Shown here piece by piece: positions 17,395 through 26,755 of a DNA stretch of 54,581 nucleotides. Source of the DNA: Candidatus Rifleibacteriota bacterium (GTDB lineage Bacteria; Muiribacteriota; Ozemobacteria; Ozemobacterales; Ozemobacteraceae); assembly GCA_051747585.1 (NCBI GenBank), contig JBNJGH010000007.1, forward strand, positions 1-54,581, in the 5' to 3' direction. Below the pieces are notes generated by a model, which saw only the letters and a program-made list of their open reading frames with translations, was not told where the DNA came from and did no database searches. The number at the start of each line of letters is the position of its first letter. Position 1 is the stretch's first letter. Both the position numbers and the translations under genes were made by a program.

Positions 17395-17775
17395 ATGATC
17401 AAACTAAACAATATTTACAAATGTGAAATCTGCGGGAACGTTATTGAAGTCGTTCATGCCGGCAAACCTGCTCTGGTTTGTTGTGGCCAGGATATGAAAT
17501 TGATGGAAGAACAGACTGCTGACCAGACTACCGAAAAACATGTTCCGGTAATCGAAAAAACCGACAATGGCATTAAAGTTAAAGTAGGCAGCGTTCCTCA
17601 TCCAATGGAAGAAAAGCATTACATTGAATGGATTGAAGTTATAGCCGGTGATAAAAAATACTTTCAGTTCCTCAAACCAGGTAATCCTGCCGAAGCTGAA
17701 TTCCCGGTAAAAGATTCTCCTATCACAGTAAGAGAATATTGCAACGTTCATGGACTGTGGAAAAACGAAGCCTGA
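17395..17775 (+). CDS. dfx: Desulfoferrodoxin (2Fe superoxide reductase)
   Basis: Desulforedoxin-type centre CEICGN...LVCCG. Centre II ligands [25 protein letters not shown]. Confidence 0.96.
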   Translation: MIKLNNIYKCEICGNVIEVVHAGKPALVCCGQDMKLMEEQTADQTTEKHVPVIEKTDNGIKVKVGSVPHPMEEKHYIEWIEVIAGDKKYFQFLKPGNPAEAEFPVKDSPITVREYCNVHGLWKNEA

Positions 17776-17898
17776 GAAAAGTTAAAGAATCCGTCTCTTT
17801 AGCAAAGCCTGCTATAAGAAATAAGGGCATAAGGAGCCGGTTAAACTAAAAGGGAGGGGGATTCGCACATGCGAGATGTAATTTAAGCCATGCGATGA

Positions 17899-17932
17899 GA
17901 GCGATTCTTTTGCTTTTTGCTAAGAATCGCTC
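17899..17932. terminator. Hairpin between convergent genes (possible bidirectional terminator)
   Basis: GAGCGATTCTT(17899-17909)...AAGAATCGCTC(17922-17932), a perfect 11-bp inverted repeat. Confidence 0.5.
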
Positions 17933-17960
17933 CCCCGAATTCTCTCTCAATTAAACTTAA

Positions 17961-18854
17961 TTAATTGCCAATATGAACCGGCTCGCCCTGGCGATGCCGG
18001 ATTTCTTTTTGTTCGGGAACTGCGTTTCCCACAACTTTAACCGGGAACCTCAAATTAAGAGCCACAGTTTTTCCATTTGGATCAGTTCCGCTTATTTTCA
18101 TGTTGCCGGTGTAAGGCAAAGCATTGTCAAAACAAAGCATGTTTTCAATTATTCCCTTAACTTCCCAGCTATTGCCATATTTATCCCAGCCATAGGCATA
18201 AAAATGCCCTTCAAGCGTGCCTTCTCTGGAAATCTGGGCTTTAATATGAGTTCTTCTTTTACCTCTGCCGGTGAAATTCAGATCGAGGTAAACAGCGGTT
18301 TTAATCGGCTTGATCCAGCCATTCAATCTTTGGTCAAAATCGCCAAAATGCCTGTATTCAACTGCACCATAGGAACGATCACGAATAACCTTATCGGAAT
18401 ATGAGGAGGAAAATCTACTCATAGGAGGAAAATCAGCAAGACCAAGCAGATTGGTAGAATGCTCGACCAGCATCTGCAAACGACGAAGCTGAGAACCATT
18501 TTCCGGTTTATTTACAACTGTTCTAAAAGTTCCCACAGAACGCATAACTTTTTTAAGCTTCAAATACAATTCGCGGGAAATTGCCTGAACCTTTTTTCCT
18601 TCAGGCATATCTACCTGTGAGTATTTCTGGCGGAATTGAGCTGACGGCGGTGTATTCGGAGCCGGCAGCATAGGCGGCGCCGGCATATAATCGTCGTCAG
18701 GACTAATTTCGTCTACCGGCTCGGCATACCCCGGAGGCGGTGGCGGCGGCGACATTGGATCTTCGCTCCAGTAAGGCATTTCACTTTGCCCGGCACATAA
18801 GGCCGGCAGGATAAAAACACTAAAAAGTAAAACTGCAGATTTGATCAATTTCAT
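17961..18854 (-). CDS. Exported hypothetical protein with Pro-rich N-terminus
   Basis: Signal peptide, PMSPPPPPPGY/MPAPPMLPAP, beta-rich C-terminus. GGGAG upstream. Confidence 0.7.
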   Translation of the reverse strand: MKLIKSAVLLFSVFILPALCAGQSEMPYWSEDPMSPPPPPPGYAEPVDEISPDDDYMPAPPMLPAPNTPPSAQFRQKYSQVDMPEGKKVQAISRELYLKLKKVMRSVGTFRTVVNKPENGSQLRRLQMLVEHSTNLLGLADFPPMSRFSSSYSDKVIRDRSYGAVEYRHFGDFDQRLNGWIKPIKTAVYLDLNFTGRGKRRTHIKAQISREGTLEGHFYAYGWDKYGNSWEVKGIIENMLCFDNALPYTGNMKISGTDPNGKTVALNLRFPVKVVGNAVPEQKEIRHRQGEPVHIGN

Positions 18855-18939
18855 AATTTGTACTCCCAGAATCGTTTCATAAAAAGAATACCCTCATATT
18901 CAATCCAACGCAACTTTCATCTGCGCCAGCCGGGGGGTG

Positions 18940-21714
18940 TTATTTTGTTCTTTTGCCGGCTTTGTTTTTGGCGCGTTGCAAAGCTGAAGAGAAAGTTTTT
19001 TTATTTTCTTTCTCGGGCGGGTGCTGCTTTTGATCTTTAATACCAGACCCTGAATCATTTTGATAAATTTTGGCGCTGGTTTTGCGAACACTGCTTTCAG
19101 ATTTTTTATTATCTCCGGAAGCGTCTGCAGAATATTGTTTTCTGTAGGCTTTAGAAAAAATAAGATTCAAAAATGCCGTTCTGCGGTGTCCAACTTCAAA
19201 AAGAAATAATATCAAAGCAAGAAGCAGCATTGGGTCTGCGATAGACTTATATTGTCTGGTTTCTGGCATTTGACTCCAGAATTTACCCAGGTCTATCTGT
19301 TCAGCTCCTCTGGTAATCCTGGCAATTTTTTCCAGCTTCTCTAACCCTTCGTCTACCCTTGGCAGAGCATATTCTTGCGAATAAGGCATACATACTGGAT
19401 AAAGTTGCAATTTCTTTTTGCTGCCAAGATGAACGATTCCAACAACAGCATCTTTTCCTGACAGCTGCATTGAAGCGCTCAAAGAATCTGCCGTGTCCCA
19501 TTGCATTGTAAGTTTATATTCTTTCACTTCTTCATTTTCAGAACTTCTTAGTAAAGTTATTTCAGGATTTTGCTTAAAAAATTCCCGCTCTCTTTCAGGG
19601 TCAAGATGTAAAGTAGCTTTCCACAGTCCGTTGTCTAATTGCTGAGTAACCGGCATATTGTCAATAAACTGCCTTTTATCTTGAGCAAGCCATGCTATTG
19701 TGGCGGCAAAGATATCGCCGGCCTGTTGAGTTTGAGCGAAGGGGCGGGAAAATTCCCGACTGGTAGTTCCGGCATAGCAACAAACTTTACCAAGCCCCAC
19801 ATGCCATCTCGATAAAATCGGGGTATGATTTTCGTCTGAAGTTATTAATAACTGAGAAGCATCAGGTTTTGAATAAACAACATTATAGCCTCCAAGCGCT
19901 GAAGCAAAAGCCGGCATATCAGCTACAAGTTCATTTAATTGCCCGGTTGACTCAATGGGAGTAATTTCTTCGATAAAAGTACTTCTGGCCGCCACAAAAG
20001 TATCTTGCGAAAACAACCGCGGTAATTCTCGCGGCTCACGAGTAAAAAATATCCTTCCGTTTCCTCTTTTTGCAATTTTTCGCAAAAGATTTGCATCTTG
20101 ATCCCTTTCGGTTCCAAGGCCTATTACGCTTACAGTCAAACCGGCATTGGAAGTTTTCTTTAAAAGTTCCCAATATCTGCCGGGCTGTTCTGCATCGGCA
20201 GCATCGGCAAAAAGAATGATATGCCGGGTCTTTGCTTTTGCTCTACTCAGCATCATTGCAGCCTTGCTTAGCCCTTCATAGACGTATATGCCGCCACCCA
20301 TCGACTCAACCGAAAGAATTTTGTTTTGCATCTGAGTCTTATTCTTGACATTCTCGAGAGATAATACCTCATGAGCCTTAGTATCAACCGCTAACAAGCC
20401 AAACTCATCCATTGGTGACAACAAATTCAAAGCTTCGGCAGCTGCAATATTTGCAAGATCCATTTTGGTTCTGCCTCCTCTTGTAGGGGCAGCCATTGAC
20501 CCTGATCTGTCAAGCACAACAACAAGCGCCAGAGCGAGTTTTCTTTGTTCACTTCTCAGTTCAAGAGAAACTGGTAAAACTTCTTCAAGTGGCGATTGAT
20601 AATAACCACCGGTTCCATAAGAGTTTTTTCCTCCGGTAAGCATCAACCCCCCTCCCATATTTTCAACCCAGGCAGAAAGTACATGCATACCATGCAAAGA
20701 TAAGTTATTGGCAGATACATTATTGATTATCACCCCTGAATAGCCGGCAAGAGTTTCGAGATTTAAATGCAGATTTGTCGGAGTCTTAAGTTCAAAATCA
20801 ACGCCCATATTTTCAAGGAAACTGGCAAAATAAGGCGATTTTCCTTGAGAAATCAGCAGCAGAGGCTTCTGGCCATGAACTTCGGTAATTGCATTGGCCT
20901 TGTTATTTTTAATTACCGGATCGTTCAATTCCGGCTTCACTTCCATGCTGTATCTGACAACTGATGATCCAGGTGCGACATGTTTAAAAACAATACTGTT
21001 GCTACCACTTTTTAATTTTCTATTAGAACGAATAATTAGATTATCATCTGCGTAAAGTTGCAATTCTGCGCTTTGATTTACGGGCGAATAAATTTCTGCC
21101 GTAATAAAAAACTCTTCGCCAGGATTTAAAAGCCCCGGCAGATCAAAGCTTGTAACCGCAAGGTCTTTATGGTTTTCTCTGGCTAAAAATCTAAAATCTA
21201 TGGGAATATTTCTTTTAGCAGCTTTGAATGCAGCCGCTTCGGGGTCTTTTCCTGTCCATTGCCCGTCACTTATAAGGAGAATTTTCCCTGAGGTTCCTTC
21301 GGGAATTAAAGCAAGGGCCTTTTCCAAGCCCTCGGATAGATTGGAACCCTGCGGATCTATCATTGAATTAAAACCGGTAAAAGAAGAACGAGAGGGGGCA
21401 GAATCGACTCTAACATCTGAAGCAAAAGAAACAAGGCCAATACGACCGGTTTCGGGCATTTTATTTCTTAGCGACGCAAAAGTTTCTTTGATACTGCGGT
21501 CATTATCTTCTGGCATTGACAAACTTCTATCTGCAACCATTAAAACTACCCCTTCGCGGCTGGCCCATTTGATATGAGGACCGGCCAAAGCGGCAATCAA
21601 CAGAAGCAGAATCATTAATCTGAGCCAGAACAGCTTTTTATCAGGCATCTGCAGGTGAAATAAAACCAGCAAAGCCGGTAATAACAGAATAAGCCAGTGA
21701 GGTTCAGTAAACAT
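18940..21714 (-). CDS. Membrane-anchored double-VWA protein with Ig-like and glutamine-amidotransferase-like domains
   Basis: N-terminal FTEPHWLILL plus TM helices. MIDAS motifs ADRSLSM and LDRSGSM. DLAVTSFDLP Ig/CARDB-like segment, GGGLMLTGGKNSYGTGGY...LEEVLPV, and a C-terminal TM helix. Confidence 0.85.
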   Translation of the reverse strand: MFTEPHWLILLLPALLVLFHLQMPDKKLFWLRLMILLLLIAALAGPHIKWASREGVVLMVADRSLSMPEDNDRSIKETFASLRNKMPETGRIGLVSFASDVRVDSAPSRSSFTGFNSMIDPQGSNLSEGLEKALALIPEGTSGKILLISDGQWTGKDPEAAAFKAAKRNIPIDFRFLARENHKDLAVTSFDLPGLLNPGEEFFITAEIYSPVNQSAELQLYADDNLIIRSNRKLKSGSNSIVFKHVAPGSSVVRYSMEVKPELNDPVIKNNKANAITEVHGQKPLLLISQGKSPYFASFLENMGVDFELKTPTNLHLNLETLAGYSGVIINNVSANNLSLHGMHVLSAWVENMGGGLMLTGGKNSYGTGGYYQSPLEEVLPVSLELRSEQRKLALALVVVLDRSGSMAAPTRGGRTKMDLANIAAAEALNLLSPMDEFGLLAVDTKAHEVLSLENVKNKTQMQNKILSVESMGGGIYVYEGLSKAAMMLSRAKAKTRHIILFADAADAEQPGRYWELLKKTSNAGLTVSVIGLGTERDQDANLLRKIAKRGNGRIFFTREPRELPRLFSQDTFVAARSTFIEEITPIESTGQLNELVADMPAFASALGGYNVVYSKPDASQLLITSDENHTPILSRWHVGLGKVCCYAGTTSREFSRPFAQTQQAGDIFAATIAWLAQDKRQFIDNMPVTQQLDNGLWKATLHLDPEREREFFKQNPEITLLRSSENEEVKEYKLTMQWDTADSLSASMQLSGKDAVVGIVHLGSKKKLQLYPVCMPYSQEYALPRVDEGLEKLEKIARITRGAEQIDLGKFWSQMPETRQYKSIADPMLLLALILFLFEVGHRRTAFLNLIFSKAYRKQYSADASGDNKKSESSVRKTSAKIYQNDSGSGIKDQKQHPPEKENKKTFSSALQRAKNKAGKRTK

Positions 21715-23464
21715 AACTCTGCCTCCTGCGACTTAGCAGCCATTGATGAAGCAACAACAAAAGAAAAGCCGGCAAAAGCATCCACCAGCGGACATCTCTG
21801 CTATGCTTAAGCAGATGCGAAGTCTTAATATCACTTAACAATTTCGAAGTATGGAGATTGCGCAAATCAGATTCAGAAGCAGAAATAAGATTGACAGCCA
21901 ACTGCCATTCCTTATTATCTGCCTTGACCGAGTAAATACCGGTCTGATAGAGATCGAGACTTGCCGCCCCACCCCACACCTGCATCTCAGCTTTGGTTTT
22001 GTCAGGTTTTTCGATAATAATTTTTTCGATAGAAACATCCAGATTCAACTTTGCCTGCATGCCACTGCGATAATTGGTCTCAACGGGACCGGCAACGGAT
22101 TTTTGTCTCCAGTCGAAAAGATTCCAGAAAAGGACCGGCCAGAAATTATCCTGATGCAGCGATGAATAATCAGGAGTGTAATTCATAACCAGTTTTGTGC
22201 GACCGGAATCTGTTTTTAGAATACTTAACAGATTTATATCTCCAATTGATAATACGGGATAGCCTGCAGGCGGATTATCTGCATCTACTGCCCAACGGGC
22301 TTCCACTGGAGGGAGTCCCTCGCATAGCGGATGGGTTCGATCAAGGGCAATATTGCCTTGTAGCAATACGGGTTCAGTAGCAATTTTAAAGTTAAACTGC
22401 CAGGCCTCGAAATCGGTTATTTCGCTTTGTTCGGCTTTGGAAAAGACGATCTGCGGACTGGCATCAACCAATCTCGCATTATCGGCGGAGTTTATTGTTT
22501 TTTTCAGCAACTCAGCCGGAAAATCGGGCATTTTATCTACCATAGCTCTTACGGGTGGTTTTCTTACCGGCAATAACCAGACGGTATTGTCAAAATCAAC
22601 CTCATCATTTTTTACAACAATCTGTAATGTAGAATTAGTTTGCTCAAGATTGAAGCGAACCCTTCTAACTGCGCCCGGACCGATTTTTATTTTTAGAAAA
22701 TCTATAACCGTATTTTCGCTTCTATCGATAATCTCGGCTTTGAGTTCGGAGGCTTGTGAAGCAAAGTTTGTAAACTCAATAAAGCACCTGTCGGTATCGC
22801 CAAGCGCGTATCTACTTGTATCGGTAATAGCAAGGTTTGCCATTGGCTTACCAAAAGAGTTCCAGATTATATTTTCGCCTGTTTTTTGTTTACTTTCACT
22901 ATCTGACAATACCATTATTGGTATATCCTGCCTGAAACTTTCAGCGGCGAGCTGAAGCGCTTGATTTATATCGGCGTGGGGTGAAAAGCATGTCCAGTTT
23001 TTCAACCATTGACGAGCTTCAACGCCATGCATATCACGACGACCGATAAACTCGGGGCGAACCCCTGCTTTTATCAGTGAAATTCTATAAATATCGCGCT
23101 TAAAAATACTGGAATCAAGAAATTCGATCGCTTTTTGCCTTGCATTTGAATCTTTGCCGGCTTGCATGGAACAGGAATCATCAAGGACAATAATTAAAGG
23201 AACAAGTTTATTGCTGCTGATCGCTCTGGGGTCTGCAGCAGCAATTATTAAAAGGCTCAAAATTATCAATTCAAGCAACAAAATTAAAGGAGTTTGAGGT
23301 CTTGTAAGTTTTTGGCCACCCTTTGCCGGTCTTTTTACATTCGAAAAAAACATCAGAGTCGAAACTTTTGTATTGGCCGAGCGCCTGCGAAACATATAAA
23401 TGCCGGCAAGAACAAAAAGAGCTATACCGGCATAAAATGCCAGCGGATTCATAAATACAGGCAA
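21704..23464 (-). CDS. BatA-N-terminal/VWA domain membrane protein
   Basis: FMNPLAF...IYMFRRR....VSTLMF...LILLLELIILSLLIIAAADP (BatA-like N-terminus), MIDAS LDDSCSM, C-terminal AVN....ESDL and TM helix. Confidence 0.85.
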   Translation of the reverse strand: MPVFMNPLAFYAGIALFVLAGIYMFRRRSANTKVSTLMFFSNVKRPAKGGQKLTRPQTPLILLLELIILSLLIIAAADPRAISSNKLVPLIIVLDDSCSMQAGKDSNARQKAIEFLDSSIFKRDIYRISLIKAGVRPEFIGRRDMHGVEARQWLKNWTCFSPHADINQALQLAAESFRQDIPIMVLSDSESKQKTGENIIWNSFGKPMANLAITDTSRYALGDTDRCFIEFTNFASQASELKAEIIDRSENTVIDFLKIKIGPGAVRRVRFNLEQTNSTLQIVVKNDEVDFDNTVWLLPVRKPPVRAMVDKMPDFPAELLKKTINSADNARLVDASPQIVFSKAEQSEITDFEAWQFNFKIATEPVLLQGNIALDRTHPLCEGLPPVEARWAVDADNPPAGYPVLSIGDINLLSILKTDSGRTKLVMNYTPDYSSLHQDNFWPVLFWNLFDWRQKSVAGPVETNYRSGMQAKLNLDVSIEKIIIEKPDKTKAEMQVWGGAASLDLYQTGIYSVKADNKEWQLAVNLISASESDLRNLHTSKLLSDIKTSHLLKHSRDVRWWMLLPAFLLLLLHQWLLSRRRQSYVY

Positions 23465-23468
23465 AGTT

Positions 23469-24356
23469 TCAACTCCTGGTCATTAATAATTCGTTGCGTA
23501 ATAGTTCAACGGGTAACAAGTTCTGAGTAAAATCTTCAGCATGGCACAGGGTAAAAACCGTACCAGTCTTCACACAGCACTTTTTCCAGTATTCCTGGTG
23601 ACGTAAAAAGTTATTGCGATATGTTTCAAGCAAAGATTTATCGGCGACGACTTCAAGAGCCTGTCTGGATTCAAGATCAATAAGACGTTGATTTCCGGAA
23701 ATTTCAGGATTTATATCAAAGTCAGCAAGCACCTGAACTACAGCCAGAAAAGCTGCCCCCTGGGATAAATGCTGCAAAACAGTCATTGGTTCCTGCTGCC
23801 AGAAAAGATCACTTAAGAAAATTCTTACCCCCTGCCTTTTAAAGGCGGCCGGAAAGGAAACAAGCGTTTCGCCGGTATTGCCGCAAAAATCAAGTTCCGT
23901 ATCAGGCCATTGATTAAATGGTAGATTTGCCGGTTCAATTTTACGACTACGGTCCTTGATTATCCATAAGGTTATTGAATACCCGGCGTTCAGAGCAGAG
24001 CTTCTAATTATTGCCGCCATACCCCACAGAGCTCGACTTTTAGCGGTTCCCTCAAGATCCATCGAAGCCGAGCCATCAATTAAAAGATCGAGATGGGGAG
24101 TTATTTCTTCGCGATAAAGTTTTACGGTCGGCTTATCAAAGCGTGCCATCGCGTTCCAGTCTATATGACGAATGTCGTCACCAGGTTGGTATTCTCTGTG
24201 ATCGAGGTATTCAAGAGAATTCCCGGTATTTAAACCCGCACGGTTGCCGGCCATAGAGCTGGAAAAACGTGAAGAAACATTCAAATAAAATCTTCGTCCG
24301 GCCGATTCGGCTTTCTGAAAAAAATCTGCTATTTCATTATTTTTACCGGTTTGCAA
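23469..24356 (-). CDS. DUF58 domain protein
   Basis: GNSLEYLDHREYQPGDDIRHIDWNAMAR, LLIDGSASM, IFLSDL. TTG start. Confidence 0.92.
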   Translation of the reverse strand: MQTGKNNEIADFFQKAESAGRRFYLNVSSRFSSSMAGNRAGLNTGNSLEYLDHREYQPGDDIRHIDWNAMARFDKPTVKLYREEITPHLDLLIDGSASMDLEGTAKSRALWGMAAIIRSSALNAGYSITLWIIKDRSRKIEPANLPFNQWPDTELDFCGNTGETLVSFPAAFKRQGVRIFLSDLFWQQEPMTVLQHLSQGAAFLAVVQVLADFDINPEISGNQRLIDLESRQALEVVADKSLLETYRNNFLRHQEYWKKCCVKTGTVFTLCHAEDFTQNLLPVELLRNELLMTRS

Positions 24357-24368
24357 ATTTAATCAACC

Positions 24369-25829
24369 TCACTTAGTTGTTCGACCGGCTTCTATATACT
24401 CGCGAGCCTGAAAATAGAGCCATTTTGCATTGACGACAAAAGAAATCAAAGCAAGACTTAAAGCAAACATCAGCCCCGTTTCTCTATTTTTACCGCCAAT
24501 AGCAAAGGGATTCCCCATCATAAGGATTTCTGAATCAGCCCCGATAAAGATGCCAAGAAATAAAGGTGCCAGCGCAAAAAAGACACTCACCATCAGAACC
24601 AGTACCCAGGTATTTCTTTGCGAAAGATGGTTTCTTAAAAATACCCTGCGAATAAAAGCACCAAGTAATGAATAAGCCACAATATAGCTGGTAAAGCCGG
24701 TAGTAAAAGCAAAAAAGTCGTCTTTAAGCCTGCCAGGATGCCCTGTTAGCGGCACCAGATAAGCCAAAATAAAAATAATAAGCGCAGTGGCAACCACCAT
24801 TAAACAAGCCCATGCAATGCCACCCGCAGCGCCACTGGAGTAAACAAAGGCCAATCTTCTGGCAAAATTTCCTTCAGGTAATTCACCGGCTATTCTTCGA
24901 CTGAGTGTGTCGCGCTCACATACCGAAATAACAATCATGCAATCGATTATTAATACAGATAAAAATCCCCAAATCATTATGACTTCAAAAGAATTGTGCT
25001 GAAATCCAGCCCAATAAAAAGCAATGCCAAGTCCGATCAACCAGAAAAACGTCAAAAACTTTCTAATCGGCTTCATTCGATTGGAACCGGCGGGAGAAAT
25101 AACTGAAGCTGCTGCAAGGTAAAGAAAATACATAGCACCAAGAATAACCACTATTAAAGTAATAATGGAATAAGCAGGATTTAAAGCACCAAACAGCCTT
25201 GCAGAACCAAATCTAATCATATCACTGGTAAAAGAAATCAAAGTAGAAAACATAATAAGCTGAACTACCAGCGCCACCCCGCGCAAAACGTTTTTTATAG
25301 CTCTATCATGAGCCAGACTTCCAATTGTGATCTGCATCATTGTAGCCCCGGCACAAAAAAACAGTCCGAGACAAAGCAACAGAAACATCAAGGGCATATC
25401 GACGCCGCTTAAAAAGAATGTCATCGACATAAATGGCGCAAATGCACTGAAAATAATTAAAATAAAAGCCAGACTTGCAATAAATTTACCTCTTATTATT
25501 GCCCGGGGAGTAATGGTTGTTATATAGAGCAACTCTTCCGTATTCTCGCTTCGCTCTCTGGCAAAGCGAAACCCGGTATGCAGAGGAATAAAGGCAAAAC
25601 AACCAAGAAAGAGAAATATAAACAAAAAATTAAGGGTATCTGAACCAACACTACTGTTAGTCATTCCCTGGTCAGCAATTGACAAAGAAAGAACTGCACA
25701 TTGAAAACATAAAAACAAGATCAGCAGTCCCCAGAAAAATCGACCGCGAACCACCTGTCTTAACTCTTTGACAATAATGGGATTAAGATTGTCATCGATC
25801 TTGTTAACAAAATTATTTAAAAGGCTCAT
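24369..25829 (-). CDS. ABC-2-type permease-like polytopic membrane protein
   Basis: NPIIVKELRQVVR, FARERSENTEELLYITTITPRAIIRGKF, about 12 hydrophobic segments. Coupled to the ABC ATPase by an ATGA overlap. Confidence 0.85.
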   Translation of the reverse strand: MSLLNNFVNKIDDNLNPIIVKELRQVVRGRFFWGLLILFLCFQCAVLSLSIADQGMTNSSVGSDTLNFLFIFLFLGCFAFIPLHTGFRFARERSENTEELLYITTITPRAIIRGKFIASLAFILIIFSAFAPFMSMTFFLSGVDMPLMFLLLCLGLFFCAGATMMQITIGSLAHDRAIKNVLRGVALVVQLIMFSTLISFTSDMIRFGSARLFGALNPAYSIITLIVVILGAMYFLYLAAASVISPAGSNRMKPIRKFLTFFWLIGLGIAFYWAGFQHNSFEVIMIWGFLSVLIIDCMIVISVCERDTLSRRIAGELPEGNFARRLAFVYSSGAAGGIAWACLMVVATALIIFILAYLVPLTGHPGRLKDDFFAFTTGFTSYIVAYSLLGAFIRRVFLRNHLSQRNTWVLVLMVSVFFALAPLFLGIFIGADSEILMMGNPFAIGGKNRETGLMFALSLALISFVVNAKWLYFQAREYIEAGRTTK

Positions 25830-26755
25830 TGAACTTCACCTTTCGTAATACTCATAAAAATAGACTCTAAATTATGCTGCTTATAACGGAACTCGATAAT
25901 TTTATGCTCATCAGCAATTAGCTCTTTAAGTAGTTCCGCAGCACCTTCGTCGTCTCCGGCAAAATCAACTTCAATGTTTTTACCGTTTGCAAGCGGGTTT
26001 TCAATTCCGGGATAGAGAAGAAGAAACTTACTCAGGCGTTCCATGCTGTTTATTGATCTGATTATAATTTTTCGTGTTTTGTCGGCAGTGTTGGTAATAT
26101 CTTCAATTGAACCAAATTTCAACAATTCACCCTTTTCAATAATAAGTGCTGAGTTACAAATCTCTGAAAGCTCACTTAAAATATGAGAGCTGATAAGTAT
26201 CCCCTTACCCTGTCCGGACAAAACCCTGAGCAGTTCGCGCAATTCGATTCTTGCACGCGGATCTAAACCGGCAGCGGGCTCATCCATAAATATAAAATCA
26301 GGATCATTTATCAACGCTCTTGCGATGCTGACTCGCTGTTTCATCCCTTTGGAAAGAGAAGCAAGCAGTTTGTCTTTTTTATCCTGTAAATTAGTAAAGG
26401 TTTCAAGATCGTCAATTACTTTTTCTCTAACATTTGATTTAATTCCATATGCTCTGGCAAAGAAATCCAGATATTCATGGACATTCATGTCTGCATGAAT
26501 CGGAAGTCCGTCGGGAACGAAGCCAATCATTTCGCGACCATGCTCGGGATTATCTATAATAGAGTCGCCATTTAAAATCACATCGCCACTGCTTGGCTCG
26601 TCAATAGTTGCCAGAATTCTCAAGGTGGTTGTTTTTCCTGCACCGTTCGGTCCGACAAAACCAATAATATCGCCACCACGAATATTAAAAGACAAATTTT
26701 TTACAGCCGACAGATTGCCAAATTTTTTATTGAGTTCTCTTATTTGTAGCATCAT
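25826..26755 (-). CDS. ABC transporter ATP-binding protein (ABC-2/DrrA-like)
   Basis: Walker A GPNGAGKT, signature LSKGMKQR, Walker B FIFMDEP, H-loop ISSH. Confidence 0.95.
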   Translation of the reverse strand: MMLQIRELNKKFGNLSAVKNLSFNIRGGDIIGFVGPNGAGKTTTLRILATIDEPSSGDVILNGDSIIDNPEHGREMIGFVPDGLPIHADMNVHEYLDFFARAYGIKSNVREKVIDDLETFTNLQDKKDKLLASLSKGMKQRVSIARALINDPDFIFMDEPAAGLDPRARIELRELLRVLSGQGKGILISSHILSELSEICNSALIIEKGELLKFGSIEDITNTADKTRKIIIRSINSMERLSKFLLLYPGIENPLANGKNIEVDFAGDDEGAAELLKELIADEHKIIEFRYKQHNLESIFMSITKGEVQ

